Shown piece by piece: positions 17,470-26,506 of a stretch of DNA of 64,000 nucleotides. The stretch covers positions 2,674-66,673 of the forward strand of contig JAZFSG010000078.1 of the NCBI GenBank assembly GCA_036446035.1. The letters are read 5' to 3'. Below the pieces are notes generated by a model. That model saw nothing but the letters and a program-made list of their open reading frames with translations, had not been told where the DNA came from and did not search any database. How positions within the stretch are numbered: position 1 is the stretch's first letter; each line of letters starts with the position of its first letter. The position numbers and the translations under genes were made by a program. The DNA is from Acidimicrobiia bacterium. Its GTDB lineage: Bacteria > Actinomycetota > Acidimicrobiia > Spongiisociales > JAOTWH01.

Positions 17470-18204
17470 TCACGGGTTGCGGCGAAAGAGGCCTCTTAGG
17501 GCGCGGAACGGCGCTCCGAGTGCATACATCCCTGACCTGATGGCGGCGTTGTGGCGAAGGTTCTTGGTCTGTGACCATTGGCGCTTGGGGTCAACGCACA
17601 CGACCTCCTGGGAGACCTGTCCGTCGCTTCCGAAGTGAGCTGCGACAGATCGCAGGGTGTACTGCCACATCTTGTCTTCCTTCCGACCGGCGAACAGCGC
17701 GAACGCTGCCTCGTAGATCGGATCACCTGTCCTCATCAGCACCTGTACTTGAGCCTTGGTGGCATCTTCGTCCTCGAAGGCGCTGAACGTGATCCAGCCC
17801 GCGAAAGGATGGCCTTGCGGCGTCATAAAGGTGAACGAGCGCTGGTCTGCGAAAACCACCATCACCCCGGTAGACAGCTTCACCCCACCCTGGGAGGAGT
17901 TGATGACCGCGACGTCACCCGCGTTCAGTTTGCTGAAAGGCGTGTACAGATTGTCTTTTGGCGGCCAGAACGAGGAGTAGTTCTCCTTCCAGGACCCAAT
18001 GACTTCCTCGGGAGTTGCCGATTCGCTGACCTGTACGCGGTACGTCTTCTGCCACATCTTCCCGAAGCCCTGGAGGGCACCTGCCAGCTGCCGGCCCTCC
18101 ACATTGAGATTGAGCGCCTCCGCGGGGAGGCCCGAAACCTCCAGACCCTCTGTCGGCTTGGCCCACCCCTCGTCCGGTTGTGCGTTGTCCTCTTCGTTGC
18201 TCAT
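17470..18204 (-). CDS. conserved hypothetical protein (244 aa), distal gene of the STAS operon
   Basis: ATG 18204 lies 23 nt after the STAS stop, with GGAGG 11 nt upstream. No family confidently recognised. Confidence 0.6.
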   Translation of the reverse strand: MSNEEDNAQPDEGWAKPTEGLEVSGLPAEALNLNVEGRQLAGALQGFGKMWQKTYRVQVSESATPEEVIGSWKENYSSFWPPKDNLYTPFSKLNAGDVAVINSSQGGVKLSTGVMVVFADQRSFTFMTPQGHPFAGWITFSAFEDEDATKAQVQVLMRTGDPIYEAAFALFAGRKEDKMWQYTLRSVAAHFGSDGQVSQEVVCVDPKRQWSQTKNLRHNAAIRSGMYALGAPFRALRGLFRRNP

Positions 18205-18226
18205 CTGGCGCTTGTCCTCCTTGCGG

Positions 18227-18574
18227 TCAACCGGCACTCAGCGCTTCGGCCTCGCTGCCGTAAACGACTATCGCTTCATCGATTCTCGTCAGCTGAAAAA
18301 TCTCCCGGTAGTGGTCTGTGAGTCCGTAGGCGCATAGCCGTTGCTTGTTGCGGTTGGCTCGGATCAACATCGTGACCAGCAAGCCGATCCCAGAGCTGTT
18401 CATGTACTCAAGGCCGGTGAAGTTCAAGATCACTGAAACCACCCCGTCGGCGCTGGCCTCTTCATAGGCCGCAACCAGTGCCTGGTCGGCGGTGGCGTCG
18501 ACCTCTCCGTTGATATCGATGACGGCGGCCGACTCACTCGGTCGCCGCACCGCCAGGATCAGTTTTTCAGTCAT
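18227..18574 (-). CDS. STAS-domain anti-sigma-factor antagonist (RsbV/SpoIIAA-like)
   Basis: 115 aa. Phosphorylatable-Ser motif LEYMNSSGIGLL. GGGAGGG RBS. Confidence 0.9.
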   Translation of the reverse strand: MTEKLILAVRRPSESAAVIDINGEVDATADQALVAAYEEASADGVVSVILNFTGLEYMNSSGIGLLVTMLIRANRNKQRLCAYGLTDHYREIFQLTRIDEAIVVYGSEAEALSAG

Positions 18575-18689
18575 TCATCCCTCCCTTTCTGAGAGCGAGC
18601 TCTCGCGAGCTACCGTCATTGAGCTGCGTTGGGTCGAAGCGTCGTCGCAGTACGGCCCGAAAGCGTCGAGGTTGCCGAGCATCAGCGAA

Positions 18690-21482
18690 CTATCCATGAA
18701 GATGCACCACTAGTTCGACTGTCGTATGGGTCTCGCCTGCGATGGTGCGCACCTCATCGACCATGTTCTCGATGAGTAGAAGACCCCAGCCGCGCGGGCT
18801 CCGCTCCCCGCTGAGACGCTCTTCTAGATCGGGCGATTGGGACTCGAGCACCTCCTCGAGATGGCCGGTATCTGTGATCGAGACGAACAGCCGCCCGGGT
18901 GCGGTCGCCACCAGGAAGTGGACGGGTAGCTCCGGTCGGTTCTTGTTGCCGTGCTCGACCGCGTTGAGCGTCGCTTCGGCAACCGCTGTCTCGAGGCGTT
19001 CTCTTTGCCGGTCGTCGATCAGCGCGCCGACGACGCTACCGACTCGCTGTGAGGCGATCCGATCTGCTCCAGCCTCACTGCTCAGCGTGAACTCGTCCAC
19101 CACCACTCGACCTGGCGGTGGTGCGGGGCCAGTTGCCGCGCTGAGGCGCCGCAAGGCGACCAATGTGACATCGTCCTCGAGGCCGTTGGCGGGCGCGGTG
19201 AACTCTGCCAGTTCCGCCATCAGATCGCCGAGCAAGCCTTGAGTGACGCGTCGATCTCGGATCCACGTCATCAGGCGTGGCTTGCCGAACATCTGCCCAG
19301 CCAGATCGTGAGCCTCGGTGAGACCGTCGCTATAGAGCAGCAGGCTCTCGCCCGGTTGGATCACCACCTCCACCTCTTCGTACTTCATCCCAGGCATCAG
19401 CCCGAGAGGCATTCCGGTTGCCTTGACCTCCCGAATCTCGTCCGACCAGATGAGCGGGAGGTTGTGGCCCGCGTTGGCGTAGGAGAGGACACCGCTCACG
19501 GGATCGACCACCGCGTATAGGCACGTTACGAACATGCTCTCCGGAGTATCCGGCACCAACAGATCGTTGACGCGTTCTAGCACGCGCCCCGGCTCGCGAG
19601 TGCCCGACGCGGTGGCAACGCCGCGCAGCATGCTCCGACAGGTTGCCATCACCATGGCGGCAGGGACCCCCTTGCCGGAGACGTCCGCGACGACAACCGC
19701 CCACCTGCCATCGGGGAGCTCGATGAAGTCGTAAAGGTCTCCGCTGACCTCGCGCGCCGGCTGATAGTGCGCGGCAAGCTCCCAGCCTTCCAGCTGGGGC
19801 AGATCCTTGGGCAGGAGGTCGCGTTGGATGCTCTCGGCCAGCTGCAATTCCTGCTGCAGGCGTTGCCTCTCCGCGGCCTGCTCAGCCTGTTGCTCAACGA
19901 GCTGGGCATAGCGAATGACCGGGGCTGCACTCTCGGCAAGCCGGCGGAGAAGTTGATGGTCAAGGCCCGAGTAGGCCCGATCGCCCAGCCGTGGACCCAG
20001 TTGGAGGACGCCAACCAGCTCCTTGTGGCTGACGAGAGGAACCACGAGGTCGACCCCCTTGGTCACGAGAGCGATCGCCGCAGCATGGCTTTGGGCAGCC
20101 AGGGGAATCGGACTATTCCCGGCATCTAGATAGACATCGGCCAGAGCGTCATGCTCGGCGGAAGCCCCCTCATCCACCAGTTCGAGATAGAGGTCCACCG
20201 CCGAAGGGCTGAGTGTCTCTCCAACCACATCGATGAGATCCCGCTCGAGCTCCGCCACATCAGACTGATCTCTGATCCGCTCGGCGAAGGCATCGACCGT
20301 GCGGTCAGCGTCGTACTTCTGGCGATAGAACCGCCTGTCGACCTGCGATTGCACTCTGGTTCGCAGCGGCTGGAAGAGGCCAACCATGAGCATGCCGGTC
20401 AGAGCCACGCCGAATCCTGGGCCGAGAGTGCTCTCGGCGAGGTTGCCGGCGATGACGGCGGCGACGACGAGCGCCAGGCCGATGACTCCCGTCAAAGTGC
20501 CGTAGACAAGGGCCCTGTTGAGGATCAAGTCCATGTCCCACAACCGGTACCGAGTTACCGACACGACGATCGACACCGGGAAGAGGACGACCGCCAGCGT
20601 AAGAAGGCTCAGCAGGTTGAGATCGTAGATGGCTTGAAGGCGGGGGGTTACCACCACAAGGCCGAGGTCGAAGTTCTGAGAGAGATCCGGGTCGATGATC
20701 CAGATGAGACCAAAGACCGCGACCACAGTGAAGAGCGAGATCACTACCAGACGAGTCTGACTTCTCACGTGTGTGCTCGAAACCCTGAAGTAGCGGTAGA
20801 CCTGCGCTACAACCACCGCCAATGCCAGGCCCAACGTCCACACCACCTGAAGGCTCTCGGGCCACTCGGCGACGTCGAAGACTGCAATGCCCGGAAAGAT
20901 GGCCCACAGAACAACCTCAGCGCTGAAGAGGACCGCGACCACGCGCATCCATTTAGCGGCGAACCGGCCTTCAGGGAACAGGAAGGCGAAGAGAACGATG
21001 GCGACTCCGGCGATGGAACGCCAGAACTCGGGGCCGGCGTCGAACACGCCCAAGGAGTGGACGGCCACCTCCCAGTCAGGCCTGGTCTGAGCAAGGACGC
21101 TGGACGGCGCGAACAACGCTGCCCCTGCGGCGAGCAGGGTTGCCGAACTGAGGGTCGCCACCCAATCGCGAGACTTCCTCAGGAAGAGAAGCGCGCCGGT
21201 GACAAAGAACAAGACAAATCCGGTTACGTGCACAGCGATCTGCCCTGCTTTGAGCACACCGGCGCCGAGGAGCCGCTCCTCGAGTTGTCGCGCCAACTCT
21301 GGCTGAACGGCAAGGGCTCCCTGAGACTCCACAAGTCCGAGATCTCCCCCGAAGAAGGCGTCGAAACTGGCGGCCGCGACGGCGGTTACCAGAGCCGCCA
21401 GTGCAAACCATCCGGCCCTCACCAACCACAGGCTGGGTCCCTCGAGCGTGGTCGCTCGATCAACGACTAGGGAGGTGGTCAT
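18690..21482 (-). CDS. polytopic membrane sensor - GAF-like - PP2C (SpoIIE) phosphatase - RsbW-like HATPase fusion protein
   Basis: 930 aa with about 10 N-terminal TM segments. PP2C motifs (REVSGDLYDF, VADVSGKGVPAA, LYSDGLTE). C-terminal HATPase_c_2-like segment (EATLNAVEHGN...GWGLLLI). ATG overlaps the TGA of the upstream gene. Confidence 0.85.
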   Translation of the reverse strand: MTTSLVVDRATTLEGPSLWLVRAGWFALAALVTAVAAASFDAFFGGDLGLVESQGALAVQPELARQLEERLLGAGVLKAGQIAVHVTGFVLFFVTGALLFLRKSRDWVATLSSATLLAAGAALFAPSSVLAQTRPDWEVAVHSLGVFDAGPEFWRSIAGVAIVLFAFLFPEGRFAAKWMRVVAVLFSAEVVLWAIFPGIAVFDVAEWPESLQVVWTLGLALAVVVAQVYRYFRVSSTHVRSQTRLVVISLFTVVAVFGLIWIIDPDLSQNFDLGLVVVTPRLQAIYDLNLLSLLTLAVVLFPVSIVVSVTRYRLWDMDLILNRALVYGTLTGVIGLALVVAAVIAGNLAESTLGPGFGVALTGMLMVGLFQPLRTRVQSQVDRRFYRQKYDADRTVDAFAERIRDQSDVAELERDLIDVVGETLSPSAVDLYLELVDEGASAEHDALADVYLDAGNSPIPLAAQSHAAAIALVTKGVDLVVPLVSHKELVGVLQLGPRLGDRAYSGLDHQLLRRLAESAAPVIRYAQLVEQQAEQAAERQRLQQELQLAESIQRDLLPKDLPQLEGWELAAHYQPAREVSGDLYDFIELPDGRWAVVVADVSGKGVPAAMVMATCRSMLRGVATASGTREPGRVLERVNDLLVPDTPESMFVTCLYAVVDPVSGVLSYANAGHNLPLIWSDEIREVKATGMPLGLMPGMKYEEVEVVIQPGESLLLYSDGLTEAHDLAGQMFGKPRLMTWIRDRRVTQGLLGDLMAELAEFTAPANGLEDDVTLVALRRLSAATGPAPPPGRVVVDEFTLSSEAGADRIASQRVGSVVGALIDDRQRERLETAVAEATLNAVEHGNKNRPELPVHFLVATAPGRLFVSITDTGHLEEVLESQSPDLEERLSGERSPRGWGLLLIENMVDEVRTIAGETHTTVELVVHLHG

Positions 21483-22939
21483 GGACCTACTCCTTGAGGT
21501 CGGGTGAGGCTCACGAGGCGCGCCATGTCATCTTCATCGAGAGCGAACATCTCAGGGTGGTCCTGTCTGAAACCGTCGGACATGGCATAGTCGCCAAACG
21601 ACACTGCCGAGTCGCCGGCGGCCTCGAATGCCGGTTGTACCGTCGGGAGATCGTGGCACTCGCCGCAGAACGGAGAAAAATGGCGGACAGGGTATGCGTT
21701 GTGGGTGAACGGATCGATCACCGGGGCCTCTTCATCGCCGGTGCCGTGACATTCGAGGCAGCTGCCCTGCGATGCCGATTCGATGCTGTGAGGGACCGGC
21801 GGCGCGATCGAGTCGGCAAGGCCGGTGCTACAGACGCCGAGCAGCAAGGCAAGACCGAGCGCCGGTGCCATGGCTGCGACGCGTGTCCGTCGCTTCGCCA
21901 AGGCCGGGGAAACCACACCGGTAGGCGCAGCAGCGATGTCGCCGGCAGCCTCCAGCGGGATACGAACCCAGAGGACGATGTAGTAAAGAAGGCCCACCAG
22001 GAAGAAAGCGCTCAGAACGAAGAGGATTCGTACGAACAGGACCGTTACTCCGAGATAGCGGGCAACTCCGGCGGCCACTCCGCCGATGAGGCGGCCACGG
22101 CGTGCCCGCCGCAGCTCTGGAGCAACGGGCGTGTCCGCGCTTGTTCCTGGCACGGACACCACTGGGCTGCGAGCTTCCCGGAGACGAGCCCGTTCCGCTG
22201 TCACCAACCAGGCGACCGCCCACATCAGCACGAGGACGCCACCCACGTAGGGACGCGCTGACGCATCGAAACGGAACCGCAACGACGCTATCCCGTAGAC
22301 CACCATCGACAAACCCGTGGTCCATGCCGCGAGGGGCCACCCCCTCACCCGCAACGCAGCGAGGTAGCCGGTGGCCAGCAGCGCCAGACCGAAAGCAGCC
22401 ATTCCCCCCCAGTGGCTTTGGTGGAAGCGCACGTTGTTGGCGGCCTTGTCGAACTCTTCGGAGAACGCGATGAGGGCAGGGAGGGTCAACATCACCATGA
22501 GGAAGAGGAGTCCGCCGGCCGGACTCACCCGGGGTCGAAAGATCTCCTGCCGCGACGGATGCAGCATCGCGATCGTCACTGCCGGAACCAGATAGATCAG
22601 CGTCGTCCACTCCCATCCGGTTGAGGCGGTCACTACGACCGTGAGAATCAAGACGACGGCAACCGCCTGCTGCATGCCTGCGATGTGGCGTTCGGGCGAT
22701 CGCAACTGGACGATCACACCCACCAGCACCATCGCCAACAGCATGCCGAAAGTGATCTCGTGCACACGATGCGAGATGTTGTCGTCGAAATCGACGAACC
22801 ATCCCAGGAACAGAGAGCTGAAAGGACTGAACAGATAGAGGAAGGCCGCGAAGGCCACAGTCAACGACACGAAGGCCGTACGCCGTCGGCCCCCGCTGCC
22901 GCGTCCCGGCGCCTGCGCAGCTATCGGCTGTGGCTCCAT
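21479..22939 (-). CDS. polytopic membrane protein with PspC domain and C-terminal di-CXXCH (putative dihaem c-type) domain
   Basis: 486 aa with about 8 TM. PspC-like RRARRGRLIGGVAAGVARYLGV plus a long TM, then a signal-like TM. CLECH at 21746..21760 and CGECH at 21653..21667. Confidence 0.75.
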   Translation of the reverse strand: MEPQPIAAQAPGRGSGGRRRTAFVSLTVAFAAFLYLFSPFSSLFLGWFVDFDDNISHRVHEITFGMLLAMVLVGVIVQLRSPERHIAGMQQAVAVVLILTVVVTASTGWEWTTLIYLVPAVTIAMLHPSRQEIFRPRVSPAGGLLFLMVMLTLPALIAFSEEFDKAANNVRFHQSHWGGMAAFGLALLATGYLAALRVRGWPLAAWTTGLSMVVYGIASLRFRFDASARPYVGGVLVLMWAVAWLVTAERARLREARSPVVSVPGTSADTPVAPELRRARRGRLIGGVAAGVARYLGVTVLFVRILFVLSAFFLVGLLYYIVLWVRIPLEAAGDIAAAPTGVVSPALAKRRTRVAAMAPALGLALLLGVCSTGLADSIAPPVPHSIESASQGSCLECHGTGDEEAPVIDPFTHNAYPVRHFSPFCGECHDLPTVQPAFEAAGDSAVSFGDYAMSDGFRQDHPEMFALDEDDMARLVSLTRPQGVGP

Positions 22940-22960
22940 GGTTTGGGCGATACTCCCCTG

Positions 22961-23377
22961 CTACTCGACAATGATCGCTATTTCGTCCGTCAGGTCCAGA
23001 GCCGTGTGGCTACCGTCGGCCACCTGCAGGCACAACGTATGTTCACCAGGTTCGAGCTCGAGAAGCGCTGTCTCTTGACCCCCTCCGAAGTGGAGATGTT
23101 CACCATCGGCTCCGACTGTCAGGCGGGGCTGCACACACGGCCGATCGATGATGATGTGGAAGTGCCCACGCCCATCACCCACTCCCTCGCTTGCCGGCTC
23201 GATTATGAACCCCTCGGCCCCCATGACGACCGGGACCGGACTAACGACTACCGCCTCATCGCGGGGCTCCTCGAAGAATACCCTTCCCTCGGCATCGGAT
23301 GCACAGGCCGCAGTCGCCATCGCTAGCAAGACTGCCGCAAAGACGTACCGAGCCGCAGATCGTTTACCGATTCCCAT
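22961..23377 (-). CDS. lipoprotein, DUF4399-like
   Basis: Track ORF trimmed to ATG 23377 (GGGAGG 5 nt upstream). Signal peptide ...ATAAC. GHFHIIID motif. Confidence 0.65.
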   Translation of the reverse strand: MGIGKRSAARYVFAAVLLAMATAACASDAEGRVFFEEPRDEAVVVSPVPVVMGAEGFIIEPASEGVGDGRGHFHIIIDRPCVQPRLTVGADGEHLHFGGGQETALLELEPGEHTLCLQVADGSHTALDLTDEIAIIVE

Positions 23378-23536
23378 CGACGCCTCCCTGGTTTCTGAGC
23401 CCACTATCCGCTAACAGCGTCCGCCAGGCGTTACGAAAGTCGGTCATTCCGAATTTGGCGCGCCTAGCTGTACCGTTACCTGCATGCAGATATCCAGTTT
23501 TCGTCACGCAACCGAGCCCCCGCCAGCGAGGCCAGC

Positions 23537-26410
23537 ATGGCGGGACTGACGATCAATCTGCTGGGCCCCCCTGTGGTCGAGTCCGATGGGATCCCGATCG
23601 AGGTTGACACCCGCAAGGCCGTGGCACTGCTGGCCTACTTAGCTGTCACCGGCAGGGCTGAGACACGCGACAGCCTCTCCGTGCTGTTGTGGCCCGACAA
23701 CGACCACTCACGGGGTCGCGCCGCTCTTCGTCGCACCTTGTCAGTGCTGCGCAAAGCCCTCGATCATCGCTGGCTCGTGATCGAGGGTCAGACTGTGGCG
23801 CTCCCGATTGGCAGCGATATGCGGATCGACGTCCGGCTGTTTGAGGATCGGCTCGCCGCCACCAAGCTGCACCCTCATCCAGCTTCCGCTGTCTGCAACC
23901 AGTGCCTGCAGTTTCTCGAGGAGGCCGTTGCCCAATACCGCGGTGACTTCCTCACCGGCTTCACGCTGCGGGATAGCGCGAACTTCGACGACTGGCAGCT
24001 CGCGCAGGGTGAGCACCACCGAAGAGAATTCACGGGTGCGCTCAGAGACCTGACCGATTCGTACAGGCGTCTCGGAAGATCTGATGACGCCATCGCGGCT
24101 TTGAGCAGATGGCTCGAAGCCGATCCACTCGTGGAGTCGGCTCATCGCTCACTCATGGAGGTCTACGCGTCAGCAGGTGATCGATCGCGCGCTCTAGAGC
24201 AATACCAGAAGTGCATACGGGTCCTCGACCGAGAACTCGGAGTCTCTCCACTAGAGGAGACCGTCGACCTGTACCACGAGTTGAAAGTCGGACGGATCCC
24301 CGTCCGGGCCAAGGCGCAGCCGACCAAAGTGGAGTCACTTGTAGACAGCGAGGCTCGCCCGCCATCTCGTCTCCGAGCTCCCCTCGTTGGCCGAGCGAGC
24401 GATCTCGAAACAGTCTCCGTCGAGCTTGCTAGAGGCAATCGGCTGATCGCCATCGAGGGCGAAGCCGGAATCGGCAAGACTCGCCTCGCAGAGGAGGTCC
24501 TCGCCGCGGCGGCGGCACAGGGAATCACAGTCATCGCGGCGCACTGCCATCAAGGAGAGGAGGATCTCGCGTTCGGAGTCCTCGCCGAGTTGCTAACGAT
24601 CGGTGGCCGTGCCGAGGACGCCCGGACGCGTCTCGCCTCGATTCCCTCCTTTGCCGTTGGCGAGGCGTCATCGCTGGCTCCGTCACTCGGTGACCTCGTC
24701 CCCGCCATGCCACCGCACGTGCCTCTCTCTGGAGCGGCGGCCGATGCTCGGCTGCTTGATGGGGTTGCGGAGGCGTTGCGAGCCCTCTGCGGCGAAGGCG
24801 GAGTTCTCTTCATCGATGACGTCCAATGGGCCGACGCGGCGTCCCTCAAGGTCTTGGGATACATGGTTCGTCGCCTGCCTGAAAGCGGGCCCTCTATCCT
24901 GGTGACGTCACGAACCGAGGCGCTGCGAGCAGACCACCCGCTGCACGAGATGCTGCATACGGCTCGCCGCAATGGAGCATCCGCCTCTCTGTCTCTGGCC
25001 CGACTCGACAGAGATGAGGTCGCCGAGCTGGTTACGGCAGCTTCGCCGCACGCAGCGGCACAACCCGACCTCGACATACTGTTCGAAGAGACAGAGGGAG
25101 TTCCCTTCTTCGTCGTCGAGTATCTGGATGCCTTTCGGCTCGATGGCGAAATCGATAGTGGTCGACTCCCAGTCTCCGTTCGCGACTTGCTCTCGTCGAA
25201 GCTGGCGGGACTAACCGAGATGGGGCGCCAAGTCGCGGCAACGGCTTCTGTGGTCGGACGAGCCTTCGACCTGGATCTGGTCCGGGAGGTAAGCGGGCGA
25301 AGCCCGGAGGAGGTCGTGGAGGCGGTAGAGGAGCTCTGCCAACGCGGAGTCCTAGGAGCGCCCAGCGGGGACTCCTCCTCGTTCGACTTCGCCCACGACA
25401 AGCTCAAGGAAGTCGTCTACGAGGACACGAACCCAGCGCGCCGCCGACTCCTCCATCGCCGAGTCGCCTCTGCTCTGGTGGGTGTCACCCGATCCGGCAC
25501 CGCTGCTCCGTCCGCCGAGGTTGCGCGGCACTACCAACTCGCTGGTGACGACGCAGAGGCTGCCGCTCACTATCTCGAGGCCGGCCGTCGCGCTTTCGCC
25601 ATGCATGCCAACACTCAAGCCAAGGAATATCTGCTAACTGCATTGGCACTTGGTCACACCGAAGAGGGCTCTATTCACAGAGAGATCGGTGACATCGAAT
25701 TGCTCGCAGGCGACTACCAGGCAGCGCTGTCCAGCTACGAGCGTGCCGCCGCCATGAGTAGCCCGGACGCAAGGCCCGATGTCGAGCGTCGGCTGGGTGC
25801 CCTGCATCATCGCACAGGTCAGTTCGACTCCGCTCGCGCCTATTTCCAAACTGCCCGCGACTCGCTTGTTGCTGGGGAGCGAACCGCCGCTGCCTCCATG
25901 ACCTCTGCCGACTGGGCATTGACCGAAATCAAGGTCGGCAACCTAGGCCGTGCCCGCTTTCTTGCGGAGGAGGCGATGGAGTTGGCCCTTCTCAGCGAGG
26001 ACTCCGGCGCCCTGGCCCAGGGACACAACACGCTCGGCATCCTGGCGACGGAAGAAGGCGACTATCCGGGAGCTGCGCACCATCTCGAGCAGGGCCTGGC
26101 GATGGCGGATGAGGTTGGTGGCGGTGCCATCAGGGTGGCTGCTCTGAACAACCTTGCTCGTGCCACTGCACGAATCGGCGATCTCGATCGTGGACGGGCA
26201 TTGGCCGAGGCAGCACTTGAAGAGAGCGTTGCCATCGGCGACCGTCATCGCGAGGCTGCTCTCCACAACAACCTTGCAGACCTACTCCACGCGACAGGCG
26301 ACGTCGACGAATCTATGAAGCATCTCAAGAAGGCACTTCAGGGCTTCGCAGAGATCGAGCTCGGCGCCGATCTGTCGCACCCCGAGATATGGAAGCTGGC
26401 CCAGTGGTGA
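23537..26410 (+). CDS. AfsR/SARP-family regulator (OmpR-type wHTH + BTAD + P-loop NTPase + TPR)
   Basis: 957 aa. N-terminal wHTH/BTAD, Walker A GEAGIGKTRL, TPR-like C-terminal repeats. Confidence 0.85.
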   Translation: MAGLTINLLGPPVVESDGIPIEVDTRKAVALLAYLAVTGRAETRDSLSVLLWPDNDHSRGRAALRRTLSVLRKALDHRWLVIEGQTVALPIGSDMRIDVRLFEDRLAATKLHPHPASAVCNQCLQFLEEAVAQYRGDFLTGFTLRDSANFDDWQLAQGEHHRREFTGALRDLTDSYRRLGRSDDAIAALSRWLEADPLVESAHRSLMEVYASAGDRSRALEQYQKCIRVLDRELGVSPLEETVDLYHELKVGRIPVRAKAQPTKVESLVDSEARPPSRLRAPLVGRASDLETVSVELARGNRLIAIEGEAGIGKTRLAEEVLAAAAAQGITVIAAHCHQGEEDLAFGVLAELLTIGGRAEDARTRLASIPSFAVGEASSLAPSLGDLVPAMPPHVPLSGAAADARLLDGVAEALRALCGEGGVLFIDDVQWADAASLKVLGYMVRRLPESGPSILVTSRTEALRADHPLHEMLHTARRNGASASLSLARLDRDEVAELVTAASPHAAAQPDLDILFEETEGVPFFVVEYLDAFRLDGEIDSGRLPVSVRDLLSSKLAGLTEMGRQVAATASVVGRAFDLDLVREVSGRSPEEVVEAVEELCQRGVLGAPSGDSSSFDFAHDKLKEVVYEDTNPARRRLLHRRVASALVGVTRSGTAAPSAEVARHYQLAGDDAEAAAHYLEAGRRAFAMHANTQAKEYLLTALALGHTEEGSIHREIGDIELLAGDYQAALSSYERAAAMSSPDARPDVERRLGALHHRTGQFDSARAYFQTARDSLVAGERTAAASMTSADWALTEIKVGNLGRARFLAEEAMELALLSEDSGALAQGHNTLGILATEEGDYPGAAHHLEQGLAMADEVGGGAIRVAALNNLARATARIGDLDRGRALAEAALEESVAIGDRHREAALHNNLADLLHATGDVDESMKHLKKALQGFAEIELGADLSHPEIWKLAQW

Positions 26411-26441
26411 GGTTGAAGCCGGCCTGATACTGGGTCCATTT

Positions 26442-26459
26442 CGTAACGGTCGCGTAACG
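26442..26459 (+). promoter_or_regulatory. tandem heptamer CGTAACG x2 with 11-bp period (candidate SARP box)
   Basis: CGTAACG at 26442..26448 and 26453..26459, 48-65 nt upstream of ATG 26507. The region also forms the palindrome GTCGCG-TAA-CGCGAC. Confidence 0.3.
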
Positions 26460-26506
26460 CGACGATGTCATCCTGTCCTCATGAACGGATCCGAGGAGGC
26501 GAGGAC

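Noticed and set aside
23537-26410. The P-loop/TPR STAND-like protein, considered as an Avs-type antiphage defence NTPase.
   Set aside because: The N-terminal OmpR-type wHTH plus BTAD is the AfsR/SARP regulator architecture. There is no nuclease or other effector domain and no mobile-element context.
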